Shown piece by piece: positions 29,239 to 40,346 of a DNA stretch of 64,000 nucleotides. The notes beneath the pieces were generated by a model, which did not search any database, was not told the origin of the DNA, and was given only the letters and a program-made list of their open reading frames with translations. Source of the DNA: an uncultured Candidatus Binatia bacterium (lineage in GTDB: Bacteria > Desulfobacterota > Binatia > Bin18); contig OZ243961.1 in NCBI GenBank assembly GCA_965214605.1, forward strand, positions 416,001 to 480,000, read 5' to 3'. Positions within the stretch are counted from its first letter, which is position 1; every line of letters begins with the position of its first letter. The position numbers were made by a program, and so were the translations under genes.

Positions 29239-30372
29239 ATGCGATTGGAAAACCAGATTCGCAGTAAAGCGGTTGCTCTGGGCTTTTCTGAATGCGGATT
29301 TACTCGGCTCCGTCCGTTGGCCCGTGAGGATTTTTTGCATACCTGGCTGTCACAGGGCAACGCTGGAGACATGCACTACTTAGCCCGCCAGCCCGAACGA
29401 CGCCTCAACCCGGCCCTTCCTTTTCCACAGGCCAAGAGTGTCATCTGTCTGGCCTATCCATACGCCCCGCCAGCCGTGCCCGACTTAGACTGGAGAAAAG
29501 AACTGCGGGGTCGGATCGCGGCCTATGCGGCCGGACTCGACTATCACGACCGCATAAGCGTCAAGCTACGCGAGTTAATCGCCTTTCTGAATAATCTGAG
29601 ACCGGAGGTCTGGGCCCGTCCATATGTCGATACCGGTCCCCTGCTAGAACGCGAATGGGCCTACCGCAGCGGCCTGGGCTGGTTTGGCAAAAACACTATG
29701 CTGCTGCGCAAGCGGGTCGGCTCGTGGTTTTTTTTGGCCGAAGTGTTGGTCAACCTAGAACTCGAAGGCGAGGGGCTGCCCCAAGATCACTGCGGCCGCT
29801 GCACCCAGTGTGTGGACGCCTGCCCAACTCAGGCGCTGGAGAATGGGTATATTCTTAGAGCGCCGTTGTGCCTATCCTATCTCACGATTGAGCAGCGGGG
29901 CGCGATCCCATTCGCCTTACGCCCCAAGCTTGACAACTGGATCTTTGGCTGTGACATCTGCCAAGAGGTGTGTCCCTGGAATAAAAAGTTTGCCACGCCC
30001 GAGCAGTCACTATTTGAACATCTGTTCCCATCCTTGCCCGCCCTGATGGCTCTTGACAACGACGGCTTTCGCAAACGCTTTCGCAAAACCGCGCTGTGGC
30101 GGACCAGGCGTCGAGGTTTGCTACGCAACGTAGCGGTCGCCCTAGGCAACAGCGGCAATCCTCAAGCTGTCGCTCCCCTGCACAACGCGCTGCGCGACCC
30201 CGAAGCGCTCATTCGCAGCCATGCCGCCTGGGCGCTCGGCCAGCTCAACTATCCCCCGGCCAGAACCGCCCTGTGGCGTGCCCTGGACACAGAAGATGAC
30301 CCTCAGGTCAGAACTGAGATGCAGATAGCCCTGGGCGAAGCACCGGTCAGTCTCCTAGCAGGCACGGAGTAG
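29239..30372 (+). CDS. queG: Epoxyqueuosine reductase
   Basis: YVDTGPLLER, GLGWFGKN, CGRCTQCVDACP, FGCDICQEVCPWN, HEAT-like tail. Confidence 0.93.
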   Translation: MRLENQIRSKAVALGFSECGFTRLRPLAREDFLHTWLSQGNAGDMHYLARQPERRLNPALPFPQAKSVICLAYPYAPPAVPDLDWRKELRGRIAAYAAGLDYHDRISVKLRELIAFLNNLRPEVWARPYVDTGPLLEREWAYRSGLGWFGKNTMLLRKRVGSWFFLAEVLVNLELEGEGLPQDHCGRCTQCVDACPTQALENGYILRAPLCLSYLTIEQRGAIPFALRPKLDNWIFGCDICQEVCPWNKKFATPEQSLFEHLFPSLPALMALDNDGFRKRFRKTALWRTRRRGLLRNVAVALGNSGNPQAVAPLHNALRDPEALIRSHAAWALGQLNYPPARTALWRALDTEDDPQVRTEMQIALGEAPVSLLAGTE

Positions 30373-30479
30373 GACGTCTGCGCCAAGTTTTGAACATTGA
30401 CCGGGAGGTCGATCAGCAATGCTCAAGACTCCTAGTGGCGCGTGTGAGTTGAGAGCAGGTGGAGAGGTTCTAGACGTAC

Positions 30480-32420
30480 TGAAGATGAGAGACTTGCCAA
30501 ATCCGCCCGAATGGACAGCCTCATTCTCCCCCTACTTCAACCTATCAAGGGCCTGGCGAATCCACCGAGCCCCCCTTGATCCGAAGGCTCTGTCTCCAGC
30601 CCAGCCCCTTTAATCAAGACACTCCACGGGTCCAAGCGGGACTGGGCTGGAGGCGCACCGGATTTCAAAGTCAAGCTGGGTGAGACACTCCTGAGCTATG
30701 AGCAAGAAATATCAACACAGCTCCAGACACGTGCTGTAATCTGAGCGGTTCGCCAAGCATCAATACCTTTCCAGCAACATCATTCCTGCTTTGCCAACGC
30801 CTTCGCTCACATGTTGGACTACGGCCCGTTCCCGGCAAAACTCACCATCAGCGAGCAAGCCGCGGCGAGGCGAGACAATACAAAGCACCACATTTCGGTC
30901 AATTTTGCCCTGCTCCATGAAGTTGGGTGAATTTCCTTGACGAGCCCGGACAGGACGACTCCCAGAGGGCGAGGTAGAGAAATCCTCAGCATCATGATCA
31001 TAAGCTGGACTCGGCCCCCCTTCATGAAGACCTTGCTTTCAGCAAGCAACGGGTGGCCTGCCCAACATCACCGAAGAAGAACGATTGCTGTTTGCCACGA
31101 GATCCGCGGGTGTTTACTGTGAGGATTTTCTGAAAGCTCAGAATCGAGAAACCTGTTAAGGTGTAAGGCGCTCTATCCCGTGAGCTTCATCGTCTAGGTG
31201 GTCAATGACATGCTGGAAGACACTTTCAGTGCCCACTACGGTCTAGCCACCCGCAAGCGCGTGACTAGGCCGCCGGACTTTGCCATCAGCACGGGAACCT
31301 TCCTGCTACAAGTGCCACAGCGAGGACTGTCTCTGAAGGTGTACACGGCCCAGTGGTGAAGGAGCACATCCTGAATTAACCCTGCACCATCACCTATCTC
31401 AAACTGTCGCAATTGCCACGCGATAAGGGCTATGCCACGCAGTCCGGCGGGCGGCGGCATAGATCAGAGGCCGGGGCCACTTGCCGTTGTCGTAGTGAGT
31501 CAAAGCGCCCTAGGGGACATTCCCCTCCCGGTCATTACCGGTCCCTCGACCCTTCCAAAAACACCGGCGCGTGGCTCACAGAATTGCCCCCTAGATGATA
31601 GAGGGCGAGCCGCTCCGGAGAGAGAGACGAAAATGTGGTTGCAAGATTCTTAGGTGAAGTTCATCCGCTTCGCCTAAGAGCAGATGGAACGGGTGGAGAA
31701 AGGCGTGGACTGAGTTGAAGCCGTCCCCGCCCTCCTGCTTGTTCATCACCCAGGACGAGCAACCGTAGGAGGAATACGAACAGAGTTTGACAGGAGACAG
31801 ATATTTTGTCGGTCAATACTCTGGATATCATGACTACACGTGAGCGCCTGACCGTCTATTATGTCGAAGGAAGACCGGGCAAGACTTTGCGTTCTGTTGG
31901 TGGAAGAAGCCTCACGAAAATCCGTCTGAGGACAAGACGCTAGGGACTGAAAAGTAGAACTCGCTCAGCAGAGTTTGCAATAGGACGGGCCGTCAAGAGA
32001 CCGGAGAGTTCCCATTGTCTGCCCCCTGTTTGGTATACGTTGGCCCTATTAGACCAGACGACTCACGCGGGTTCTAGTTGGATGTCGTGTGGGACAGGGA
32101 TGCGGGAAGACCTGCAGACAGGGGAAAATACCGGTATCGTTACGACATGACGAACCAAAGAGGAGAGGGCCGTATTTACGATCGAACACATCGTCGGCTA
32201 TCAATCGGGCCGTTACCACATCAGAGCGGTCTTTCCCCCTTCACCGGATACTCTCCAGCCGAATAAAGAGAAGAAAGAAGAGCAAGCGTTCGAGGCAGAC
32301 GATCTATTCGGGAGCAAAGACCGAATCGGGAATTTGAGCCGGTAATTCCGAGTACTTAAAAAAGACAAGTGTCGCTGACGAAATCGAGAATATCCAGCAC
32401 GAGGCTTCCCCATTGGCCGG
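30480..32420 (+). pseudogene. Heavily eroded type ISP / IIG-like N6-adenine methyltransferase-specificity (restriction-modification) gene
   Basis: Collinear motif remnants across frames: GAPDFKV (~30652), FANAFAHMLDYGPFPAKL (30790), VNDMLEDTF..GLATRKRVT..DFAISTGTFLL (31201-31314), ITYLKLSQ (~31390), WLQDS*VKFIRFA (31636), DARD*KVELAQ (~31940). Ends approximate. Confidence 0.75.
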
Positions 32421-32852
32421 ATGGAGAAGATTGAGGAGGGCTGGGGGGCGTGCTATTTAAGGTGACCAAGTATTTCTCGACGCCGTGGGTCAGCCGCTGA
32501 GTGTTGCGTGCGTATCCGAAAGAAGACGCTCATCATGCAGGTCTGTCTCCCGTCTTTCATACTCTCAGAGAGGAAGCACAAAAAGTTGCGAAAGGCTTGA
32601 CTTGCCTTCATCAATCATCTCGCGACGGAAGTCTCGCGGTCGCAGGTTGCGCTTCGCTAACCCGACCTCCCCACCGATCGTTTTTTACCGGCTATTTGTG
32701 TCACTATGCGTTAATTTTTCGCCTAGAATATAGGCGATAATTCGCTAAAAAGTTTCATTTTTAGCGGATTGACTCGAACCGAGTTCTAGGTGCACGATGA
32801 GGGTGGATCCTCGGAGAGCGTCAGACATCCTAAATTCGGGAAGGAGAGATAT

Positions 32853-33248
32853 ATGGAAACTGCAGTCTTGTGTTCCGGTCTATTAGGTTTGTTGATCTTT
32901 GTGCTCGGTTTTCTAGTTTCACTGACACGTGGACAAACGGAAACCGCGGTAGGAAGCAGTCCAGATCCCACGGACCGTTTGTATAAAATGGTCCGGGCAC
33001 ACGCCAATGCCACCGAATACGCACCCATGTTAGCCCTGCTCATGCTCATTGTGATGAGGGGCGAGACACCAGTGGCAGTCTGGGTGACCTGGACCATGAT
33101 CCTCGTCACCGTCTGTCGGTATCTCCACGCGATCGGCATGATCGTTAGTCCGACCTTGGAGAAACCCCATCCACTGCGTGTGGTGGGAGCTCTAGGAACC
33201 TATCTCGGCGGCGTTATTTTGTGCGTTGCGGCGTTTATGGCTGGCTAG
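32853..33248 (+). CDS. MAPEG family membrane protein
   Basis: VSLTR, RAHANATEYAP, RYLHAIG; AAGGAG SD. Confidence 0.9.
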   Translation: METAVLCSGLLGLLIFVLGFLVSLTRGQTETAVGSSPDPTDRLYKMVRAHANATEYAPMLALLMLIVMRGETPVAVWVTWTMILVTVCRYLHAIGMIVSPTLEKPHPLRVVGALGTYLGGVILCVAAFMAG

Positions 33249-33341
33249 ACAGACCTCGCTCTCCCCTCCCTATTGTCCACAAGCACCGTATATCAAGTTT
33301 CCTGATCCATATTGGCCCAAACGAACAAGGAGGACTCGCCT

Positions 33342-34439
33342 ATGAACGCTGCCGTATTTTACAAACACAACGCCCCGCTCAGCGTCGAAGATATCCAAAT
33401 AGACGCACCCAAGCGGACCGAGGTTTTGGTCAAAGTCGCCGCCAGCGGTGTCTGCCACAGCGACCTGTCAGTCATGAACGGCAGCATCCCCTTTCCGACG
33501 CCGCCGGCCGTGCTCGGCCATGAAGGGGCCGGCATTGTCGAAGAGGTCGGCTCAGAGGTGACGGTCGTCGAGCCTGGCGATCATGTGATCCTGTCGTGGC
33601 GTCCCTCGTGCGGCCGGTGCGGCTATTGTGTCACGGGCCGGCCGCAGTTGTGTCAAACTAGCAACACCGAACTGTTCCAGGGCTACCTACTAGACGGCAC
33701 CTCACGGCTGCATAAAGGCGATACCGAGATCAAACACTTCACCGGGGTCTCGTCCTTTGCCGAATACGCGGTAGTGCCTGACAGCGGGGTGGTCAAAATT
33801 CGTTCTGACGTACCGCTTGAAGCGGCGGCCTTGGTTGGCTGCGGAGTTATGACCGGGGTCGGGGCGGCCATTAACACGGCCAAGGTTGAGCCCGGCACCA
33901 GCGTGGTTGTCATCGGCTGCGGCGGTGTAGGTCTGAACACGATTCAGGGCGCGCTTCTCGCTGGAGCCGAGAAAATTATTGCCGTTGACCTCAATCCCTT
34001 TAAACTAGAGCTGGCAACTCAGTTCGGAGCGACCCATTGCGTCAATCCCCAAGATGGCGATCCGGTCAGTCAGGTGCTCGACCTAACCGACAGCCTGGGA
34101 GCTGACTATGCGTTTGAGGTTATTGGCCGCTCGGATACCGCGGTCCAGGCGTATAATTCGATTCGGCCCGGCGGCACCGCGGTGATCGTTGGTGTGGCCA
34201 AACCCGACGATATGATGACCATCCCGACTGTCTCATTGTTACAGGAAAAAACCCTCAAAGGCTCTATCTACGGCTCGGCCCGCCCCAGTGTCGATATGCC
34301 CCGTCTGCTTGACCTATACACGAACAAGAAGCTCAAGCTCGACGAGTTGGTCTCACACCGGATCGAGCTCAAAGACATCAACGAGGCATTTGAATGGATG
34401 GAGAGGGGCGAGGTCGCCCGGAGTGTCATTATGTATTAA
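33342..34439 (+). CDS. Zn-dependent alcohol dehydrogenase (class III-like)
   Basis: GVCHSD, GHEGAG, CGRCGYC..C, GCGGVG. Confidence 0.93.
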   Translation: MNAAVFYKHNAPLSVEDIQIDAPKRTEVLVKVAASGVCHSDLSVMNGSIPFPTPPAVLGHEGAGIVEEVGSEVTVVEPGDHVILSWRPSCGRCGYCVTGRPQLCQTSNTELFQGYLLDGTSRLHKGDTEIKHFTGVSSFAEYAVVPDSGVVKIRSDVPLEAAALVGCGVMTGVGAAINTAKVEPGTSVVVIGCGGVGLNTIQGALLAGAEKIIAVDLNPFKLELATQFGATHCVNPQDGDPVSQVLDLTDSLGADYAFEVIGRSDTAVQAYNSIRPGGTAVIVGVAKPDDMMTIPTVSLLQEKTLKGSIYGSARPSVDMPRLLDLYTNKKLKLDELVSHRIELKDINEAFEWMERGEVARSVIMY

Positions 34440-34452
34440 AAGACCACACACC

Positions 34453-35892
34453 ATGGCGCATGCACAATCCACTCCGTCACAAGACCTCGATTCTCCGGTT
34501 CAGCACAAACTGCCCGTCGTTGCTATTGTTGGACGGCCGAACGCTGGAAAATCAACGTTTTTCAACCGGTTGAGTCATGATCGTAAAGCCGTGGTGAACG
34601 CCAGCCCCGGAGTGACCCGGGACCGGAATTTTGTGCGGGCTGCGTGGCGGGACCGACAGTTTGTCTTGGTCGATACCGGCGGTATTGACCCCACCGAGAC
34701 CGAGCGGATTGTCGGCCGCGTTCAGCAACAAACTCAGTTGGCGATTACCGAAGCTGACGCGATCATTTTTCTGTTTGATGGCCGCGAGGGCCTCAACCCG
34801 GCCGATGCCGAGGCCGTAGATCTGTTGCGGCGCAGCCAGAAGCCGGTCTTGTTTGCCGTGAACAAGATTGACAGCCCACAACACACGGCTCACGTGAGCG
34901 ACTTTTCCTCGCTAGGCGTTCATCCCTTATATCCGATTTCGGCCGCCCATGGCCTGGGGATAAGCGACCTTCTTGACGGGCTGACTGAGGACTGGGAGCG
35001 CGCGACATCTCATCTTTTGCAGCAGGCCACGGACACAACCCGCCACACTCATCCTCCCCTCTCAGTTGCTATTATCGGTCGTCCCAACGTTGGAAAATCT
35101 TCTTTACTCAATAGACTCGTTGGCTTTGAGCGCTCGATCGTTGATGCCACCCCCGGCACCACCCGGGACGCCATTGATAGCCTGATCGACTGGCACGGCC
35201 GTCCTATTCGATTAGTCGATACGGCCGGCGTTCGCCGCCGCTCCCGCATTCATGAACAGATCGAACAGGCCAGCGTATTGATCGCCCTCAGAGCTGTTGA
35301 GCGGGCGGAGGTGTGTTTGCTGGTCATAGATGCCGTGCAAGGCATGACTGACCAAGACGCCCGGTTAATTCACTACGCCTGGGACCGGGGTCGGGCGCTA
35401 GCGCTCATTGTTAATAAATGGGATTTAGCTCCGTCCAACCACAAAAATATGACTCGCTATGAGGAGCACCTGCGCCAACAGTTTGCCGTTACTCTGCCCC
35501 TACCAATAGTCTTTGTGTCCGCGCTCACCGGGGCCCGGATCACTGCCCTGCTCCCCCTGATCGAACAGCTTTCCGACGCCCACGCCACGCAACTCCCGAC
35601 CGTCCAATTAAACCGCTACTTGCAAGAATGGACCAAGTTGAACCCACCTCCCACCTATAGGGGCAGAACTCCCCGCTTTTTTTACATCGCTCAAGTGTCG
35701 GTCAAACCGCCGGTCATCGCCATCTATACCAGCGCTCCCCAGGCCGTCCCCAGAGGCTATGGGCGCTATATTGAAAATCAGCTCCGCTCACACTTTGCCC
35801 TGAGCGGTATCCCGCTCAGACTAAGCTTTCGTACTCGGCGCAAAGAACGCAAGACCAGAGCAGGACCAAAAAGAAGAGCCCCAAACGACTAG
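34453..35892 (+). CDS. der: Ribosome biogenesis GTPase Der
   Basis: Two GTPase domains: GRPNAGKS/DTGG/NKID and GRPNVGKS/DTAG/NKWD. Confidence 0.95.
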   Translation: MAHAQSTPSQDLDSPVQHKLPVVAIVGRPNAGKSTFFNRLSHDRKAVVNASPGVTRDRNFVRAAWRDRQFVLVDTGGIDPTETERIVGRVQQQTQLAITEADAIIFLFDGREGLNPADAEAVDLLRRSQKPVLFAVNKIDSPQHTAHVSDFSSLGVHPLYPISAAHGLGISDLLDGLTEDWERATSHLLQQATDTTRHTHPPLSVAIIGRPNVGKSSLLNRLVGFERSIVDATPGTTRDAIDSLIDWHGRPIRLVDTAGVRRRSRIHEQIEQASVLIALRAVERAEVCLLVIDAVQGMTDQDARLIHYAWDRGRALALIVNKWDLAPSNHKNMTRYEEHLRQQFAVTLPLPIVFVSALTGARITALLPLIEQLSDAHATQLPTVQLNRYLQEWTKLNPPPTYRGRTPRFFYIAQVSVKPPVIAIYTSAPQAVPRGYGRYIENQLRSHFALSGIPLRLSFRTRRKERKTRAGPKRRAPND

Positions 35893-35919
35893 CTCGAGTC
35901 TCTCCAGTGTACGGCAGGC

Positions 35920-36207
35920 CTAGTCAATCACAATTCGATCACTCTCAGGAAAAAAGCACGCGTCTTGATAATATAGCCCACCGCGCAAGCGACAGTCTTG
36001 CTCATCGAAGGCTTCGTAACTCGGTTCGTAACATTGTTCCCCGTATGGAAACCCACCCCGTTGCTCACATCGTGCGGTGACGGTAAGCGGTGCTTCCATG
36101 GATTTTTTGAGATATTGCTCAAAATCGCCCCAGCGCTGAGTGGCAGGACCACAGGCGAACAGTGCCAGACTCGTCATCAGCAATACGACCACCGGGGCCC
36201 GTCTCAT
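35920..36207 (-). CDS. Small Cys-containing lipoprotein
   Basis: LALFAC lipobox; internal repeat CEQRGG..YGEQC / CRLRGG..YQDAC. Confidence 0.7.
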   Translation of the reverse strand: MRRAPVVVLLMTSLALFACGPATQRWGDFEQYLKKSMEAPLTVTARCEQRGGFPYGEQCYEPSYEAFDEQDCRLRGGLYYQDACFFPESDRIVID

Positions 36208-36243
36208 CGTCGTTCTCGTCTGTAGGGGTTTTTATCTCAGGCA

Positions 36244-37077
36244 TTAGTGTGGTGCTTCTCGCCGGTCGATAATCTGATTTACCAGGGCGAGGTCGGCCGG
36301 ATTATCGACATCAATCGCGCACTCGGCAAACGGCATCCGGACAACTGCGATTCGAGCCCCAATGACCCGCTCGGCTCGTTGTCGGGCGGCTTCGGCATCG
36401 AGTCTACCCAAGGCCAGCAACACAAAGTTGACAAGCCCAAAGGTGCTCAGCAAGCGCCAGGGACGCTTCCGGAACTGTCCGCTGTGGTGCCAGAACGCGG
36501 CGGCCGCCTCGGCACCAGCGCCGGCGCGTAGGGCAAAAAGGTTTGTGCCACAAAATCGCTCGTCCCTGAGCGGAATAAAGCTGCGCTTTGAATCGGGATA
36601 GGAGGCCCGAAAAAACGACTCGGCCATCACTCCAACAATCACGTCGGCCTCGCTCGTCCGTGCCGCCTGACAAAAGTATTCGAGCATTTCCGTCGTCAAC
36701 AGCGGATGATCGGCCGTGGTCACCAGCAGCAGGTCTCCGGGGGCTAACTGCCTGACGTAGCCAAGGACAGTGGCGCTGGGCGAATTGCCCACAGGCGCAA
36801 ACTGGAGCAGGCCTGCCTTGGCCAGCAGGTGAAGCTCGGCAATAGCGTCGAGACTGTGCGGATCATCGGTGCTGACGACAAACCGCCGCACCCCGTGTAG
36901 AGGCTCAAGACTGCGCAATACCCGCGACAGCATAGGAATGTCCCGGATCGGCACGAGGGCCTTATGACTACAGCCCACCGCCTGAGCCAGCGGCTCACTC
37001 GACCCACGCCGGCCCGCCAGCACGAGGACTGTCAGATCCACCCGAGTTGTTTTCAGTGCGCACCCCTGATCGGACAT
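36244..37077 (-). CDS. MobA-like NTP transferase (nucleotidyltransferase)
   Basis: LVLAGRR..PLAQAVGCSHKALVPI, LVTTADHPLL, IDVD. Confidence 0.85.
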   Translation of the reverse strand: MSDQGCALKTTRVDLTVLVLAGRRGSSEPLAQAVGCSHKALVPIRDIPMLSRVLRSLEPLHGVRRFVVSTDDPHSLDAIAELHLLAKAGLLQFAPVGNSPSATVLGYVRQLAPGDLLLVTTADHPLLTTEMLEYFCQAARTSEADVIVGVMAESFFRASYPDSKRSFIPLRDERFCGTNLFALRAGAGAEAAAAFWHHSGQFRKRPWRLLSTFGLVNFVLLALGRLDAEAARQRAERVIGARIAVVRMPFAECAIDVDNPADLALVNQIIDRREAPH

Positions 37078-37282
37078 ACAGCTATTGTAATCGTCCGCAC
37101 AAATTCAACCAGTCCCCTGCGGCGAAGATGTTGTTGATCTCTTCCTGCAACGGGCAGTGGTCATGAACGATAATCTTTACGATCTGAGGCCGACGCCTTT
37201 TCTGCCTCAAGTCCCAGCTTGACGTTGGATTGACCGCCCCATAGGCTGTGGAGCGCCCCAAGAGAAGCCTAGGGATACGGGC

Positions 37283-38536
37283 ATGCGCATTTGGATTGAC
37301 GCCACAGATCCGCGCAGTCAGCTGTGCGTGTTCGGGATGACCCTCCTCGAACGCCAGCTCCGGGCAATCAGCCAGGCCGCGCTGAATCCGACCGAGGTGT
37401 GTATCGCTGTGCCCCAAGACACAGCTCCCCCCTCCTTACCCCAGCTTGAACGTCTTCCGTTACGCTGGATACAGGCGACCGGCTCGGTTCAAGACCAACT
37501 CGCCACGGCCGTTAGCAAGGCGGATGGCGAAGCGATCATAGCGACCGAGGGGCACGCTATTATCGATACCCGTTTACTGCACTATGTAGCAGACTGTCCG
37601 GGCTCGTACGCGGTCCTAGGTGGTGAGGAGGATGCACGCACCGCCCTGCTCCGACTCGAACACAACGCTCTGACCGAGCCGATGCCCAAGGCCCAACTGC
37701 CAGCTCTGGCTCAGCAGCACCTTACACAGGCCAAGCTCCCAGAGCTGTCCCTGACCGATCTCCCGTCGTATATCCCCAAGCTCCGCCGCGATTTGCCGAT
37801 TTATCTCTTCGGTATCACCGACCCACACAGTCGAGACGCAGCCGAGCGCTTTCTGTTTTGGTCAAACTACAAAGGCTCAACCGATTTTTTTACCAAATAT
37901 GTCTATCCGCCCCTAGTGTGGCTCATGGTTCGCCCCCTAGCCCACTTGCGGGTCCACCCAAATATCGTCACTCTGGTGAGCATCGTTCTGACCCTTACCG
38001 CGATTCCCCTGTTTGGCCTCGGCTACTGGATCACCGGCTTTGTGTTCTCCTATACTATGAGCGTGCTCGACTCGGTCGACGGCAAGCTGGCACGTCTCAC
38101 CTTTCGTTCCTCGCGCCTGGGTGACTGGCTTGATCACGGCCTGGATATTATTCACCCGCCGCTGTGGTATGCGGCCTGGGCGTGGGGGTTAAGCCAGGGA
38201 ATCCCCGGCTCGACGATATTTCAGGCCGCAATATGGATGACCGGGGTGTATATTCTTGATCGTCTAGTGGCCGGAGTGTTCAGCTGGCGACACGGACGCT
38301 CGATTCACGGCTATACCCAACTAGATGAGCGCATGCGTACGTTTATCTCGCGCCGGAATACGAACTTGCCGCTGTTTATGGTTGGCATGCTGCTTGGCAT
38401 TCCAGTGCCTACTTTTTATCTGATTGTGGCCTGGCAAGTAGTCTCCTTCCTCTTCCATATCGACCGGCTGGTTCGCTTCTGGAACGCGCAGCGCGCAGCC
38501 CCGCTGGCCAAACCGGCGATGAAGAATCGCGGCTAA
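37283..38536 (+). CDS. CDP-alcohol phosphatidyltransferase with N-terminal NTP-transferase-like domain
   Basis: HPNIVT and LDSVDGKLARL..SRLGDWLDHGLD (CDP-AP signature); N-terminal VFGMTLLERQLR. Confidence 0.88.
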   Translation: MRIWIDATDPRSQLCVFGMTLLERQLRAISQAALNPTEVCIAVPQDTAPPSLPQLERLPLRWIQATGSVQDQLATAVSKADGEAIIATEGHAIIDTRLLHYVADCPGSYAVLGGEEDARTALLRLEHNALTEPMPKAQLPALAQQHLTQAKLPELSLTDLPSYIPKLRRDLPIYLFGITDPHSRDAAERFLFWSNYKGSTDFFTKYVYPPLVWLMVRPLAHLRVHPNIVTLVSIVLTLTAIPLFGLGYWITGFVFSYTMSVLDSVDGKLARLTFRSSRLGDWLDHGLDIIHPPLWYAAWAWGLSQGIPGSTIFQAAIWMTGVYILDRLVAGVFSWRHGRSIHGYTQLDERMRTFISRRNTNLPLFMVGMLLGIPVPTFYLIVAWQVVSFLFHIDRLVRFWNAQRAAPLAKPAMKNRG

Positions 38537-38569
38537 CAGCCTGCAGCTGCACTCTGCTGAAATGCGGCT

Positions 38570-40330
38570 ATGTACCTCTTGCTTGTCTTTGCTCAGGCCT
38601 ATCCTTACCACAGCGCTATTGTTCTCAGCTGTTTGCTCGCCGCTGCCGTCTTTGAAGGGATGAGTTTTTCCAGTCTGCTGCCGTTGCTGACTATTGCGGT
38701 CAAGGGTCAGACCGCCGCCCAGACCAGCGAACCGCTCTCCTGGCTTGAACAGAATGTGAGCAAAGGGTTGGCGGCTTTCGGCCTGCAACCCCATATTGGC
38801 ACGCTGTGTCTGGTCATTGTCGGCGGGCTGGCCCTCAAGGCGGTCTTTATCCTCCTCGCACAGCGACAGGTCGGCTATACCGTTGCCCATGTGGCAACCG
38901 ACCTGCGGCTGTCCCTGCTCCGTTCCCTGCTGGCCGCTCGCTGGGAGTATTACACGCGCCAGCCGGTCGGTGGTTTTGCCAACGCCTTTGCCACCGAAGC
39001 AACCCGTGCGGCTGAGGCGTATCTGTTTGGGACGATGATTGTCTCGCTCGGTATTCAAACCGTGTTGTACGCTGGTCTGGCGTTTGCCGTGTCATGGCAG
39101 GCAACGCTGGCGGCAGCGGGCTTTGGTGTGGTGCTTGTTGCCGTGCTGAGTCGTCTGGTCCGCATGTCACGCCGGGCCGGCGCACGCCAGACCTACCTCC
39201 TCAAAACACTGCTGGGGCGTTTGACCGATATCTTGTCCGCCGTCAAGCCGTTCAAAGCCATGGATCGAGAAACACTCCTGAGTCCCCTGTTGGAAAAAGG
39301 AACCCGGCGCCTGAACAAGGCTCTACGCCGCGAGGTGCTGAGTCGAGAAGCTTTACGCGCTCTGCAAGAGCCGCTGGCTATGGCTGCCCTGGTGACTGGT
39401 CTCTACCTGGCGCTGAGCCGCTGGGCCCTCTCTTTAGACACGCTTGCCGTCCTAGTGGTGCTCTTTGAGCGCATCTTCCGGAGCCTCAACAAGGTCCAAC
39501 GCCAGTATCAACGCCTAGCAGCCCGAGAGAGCGCGTATTGGTCCTTGCGCGAAAGGGTAGACCAGGCCCACACGGAACGAGAAGTCGCTCGGCCGGGATC
39601 GCTAGACACGCCCGTCCCACGGCTAAGCCGGGCGCTTCGCTTTGAGCGGGTCAGCCTCATCTATGACACCCAGCCGATTCTTGACAAGGTGTCTTTTTCT
39701 ATTCCGGCAGGGCGGCTGACAACGCTGGTCGGGCCGTCTGGATCCGGCAAAACTTCAACGATTGATCTCATTGTCGGTCTGAGACGTCCTCAATCGGGCG
39801 CGATCTGGATCGACAATCTCCAACTCGACCAGATCAATCTCCCCGCCTGGCGTCGGGCTGTCGGCTATGTCCCTCAAGAGACCCTGCTGCTGCACGACAG
39901 TGTGTTATTCAACGTTACGCTCGGCGATCCGACTCTGACCCGTTCTGAGGTAGAAGCCGCTCTGCGGGCAGCCGGAGCCTGGGACTTTGTCAGCCGCTTA
40001 GCCGACGGTGTAGACACCCTGGTCGGAGAGCGAGGCAGCCGTCTGTCCGGTGGCCAACGCCAACGTGTCGCCATTGCCCGGGCGCTCGTCCACCAACCCC
40101 AGCTGCTCATTCTGGACGAGGCCACCACCGCTCTTGACCCAGACAGCGAAGCCGCCATCTGTGCGACCGTGCAACATCTACGCGGACATATGACGGTCCT
40201 GGCTATCTCGCACCAGTCCGCCCTCTTAGAAGCGGCGGATAGGGTCTATCACCTAGAAGGGGGCAGGATAGAGCGGCTCCGTCAAGGTCTGGAGCGGCAC
40301 AGTATAGGGCCCCAAGAGGCGGAGGCCTGA
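38570..40330 (+). CDS. ABC transporter permease/ATPase (MsbA/PglK-like flippase)
   Basis: TM domain, GPSGSGKT, LSGGQRQR, LILDEAT. Confidence 0.9.
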   Translation: MYLLLVFAQAYPYHSAIVLSCLLAAAVFEGMSFSSLLPLLTIAVKGQTAAQTSEPLSWLEQNVSKGLAAFGLQPHIGTLCLVIVGGLALKAVFILLAQRQVGYTVAHVATDLRLSLLRSLLAARWEYYTRQPVGGFANAFATEATRAAEAYLFGTMIVSLGIQTVLYAGLAFAVSWQATLAAAGFGVVLVAVLSRLVRMSRRAGARQTYLLKTLLGRLTDILSAVKPFKAMDRETLLSPLLEKGTRRLNKALRREVLSREALRALQEPLAMAALVTGLYLALSRWALSLDTLAVLVVLFERIFRSLNKVQRQYQRLAARESAYWSLRERVDQAHTEREVARPGSLDTPVPRLSRALRFERVSLIYDTQPILDKVSFSIPAGRLTTLVGPSGSGKTSTIDLIVGLRRPQSGAIWIDNLQLDQINLPAWRRAVGYVPQETLLLHDSVLFNVTLGDPTLTRSEVEAALRAAGAWDFVSRLADGVDTLVGERGSRLSGGQRQRVAIARALVHQPQLLILDEATTALDPDSEAAICATVQHLRGHMTVLAISHQSALLEAADRVYHLEGGRIERLRQGLERHSIGPQEAEA

Positions 40331-40346
40331 AACTGAAAAAACGCCT

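Noticed and set aside
30373-32850. CRISPR array, tRNA or IS element in the long gap
   Set aside because: No direct repeats, cloverleaf, terminal inverted repeats or transposase motifs seen; better explained as an RM pseudogene
34288-34452. N-terminal extensions in the ORF track (der; likewise adk, GST, amidohydrolases, tkt)
   Set aside because: They overlap neighbouring genes or promoter regions; downstream starts, mostly with SD motifs, match family N-termini
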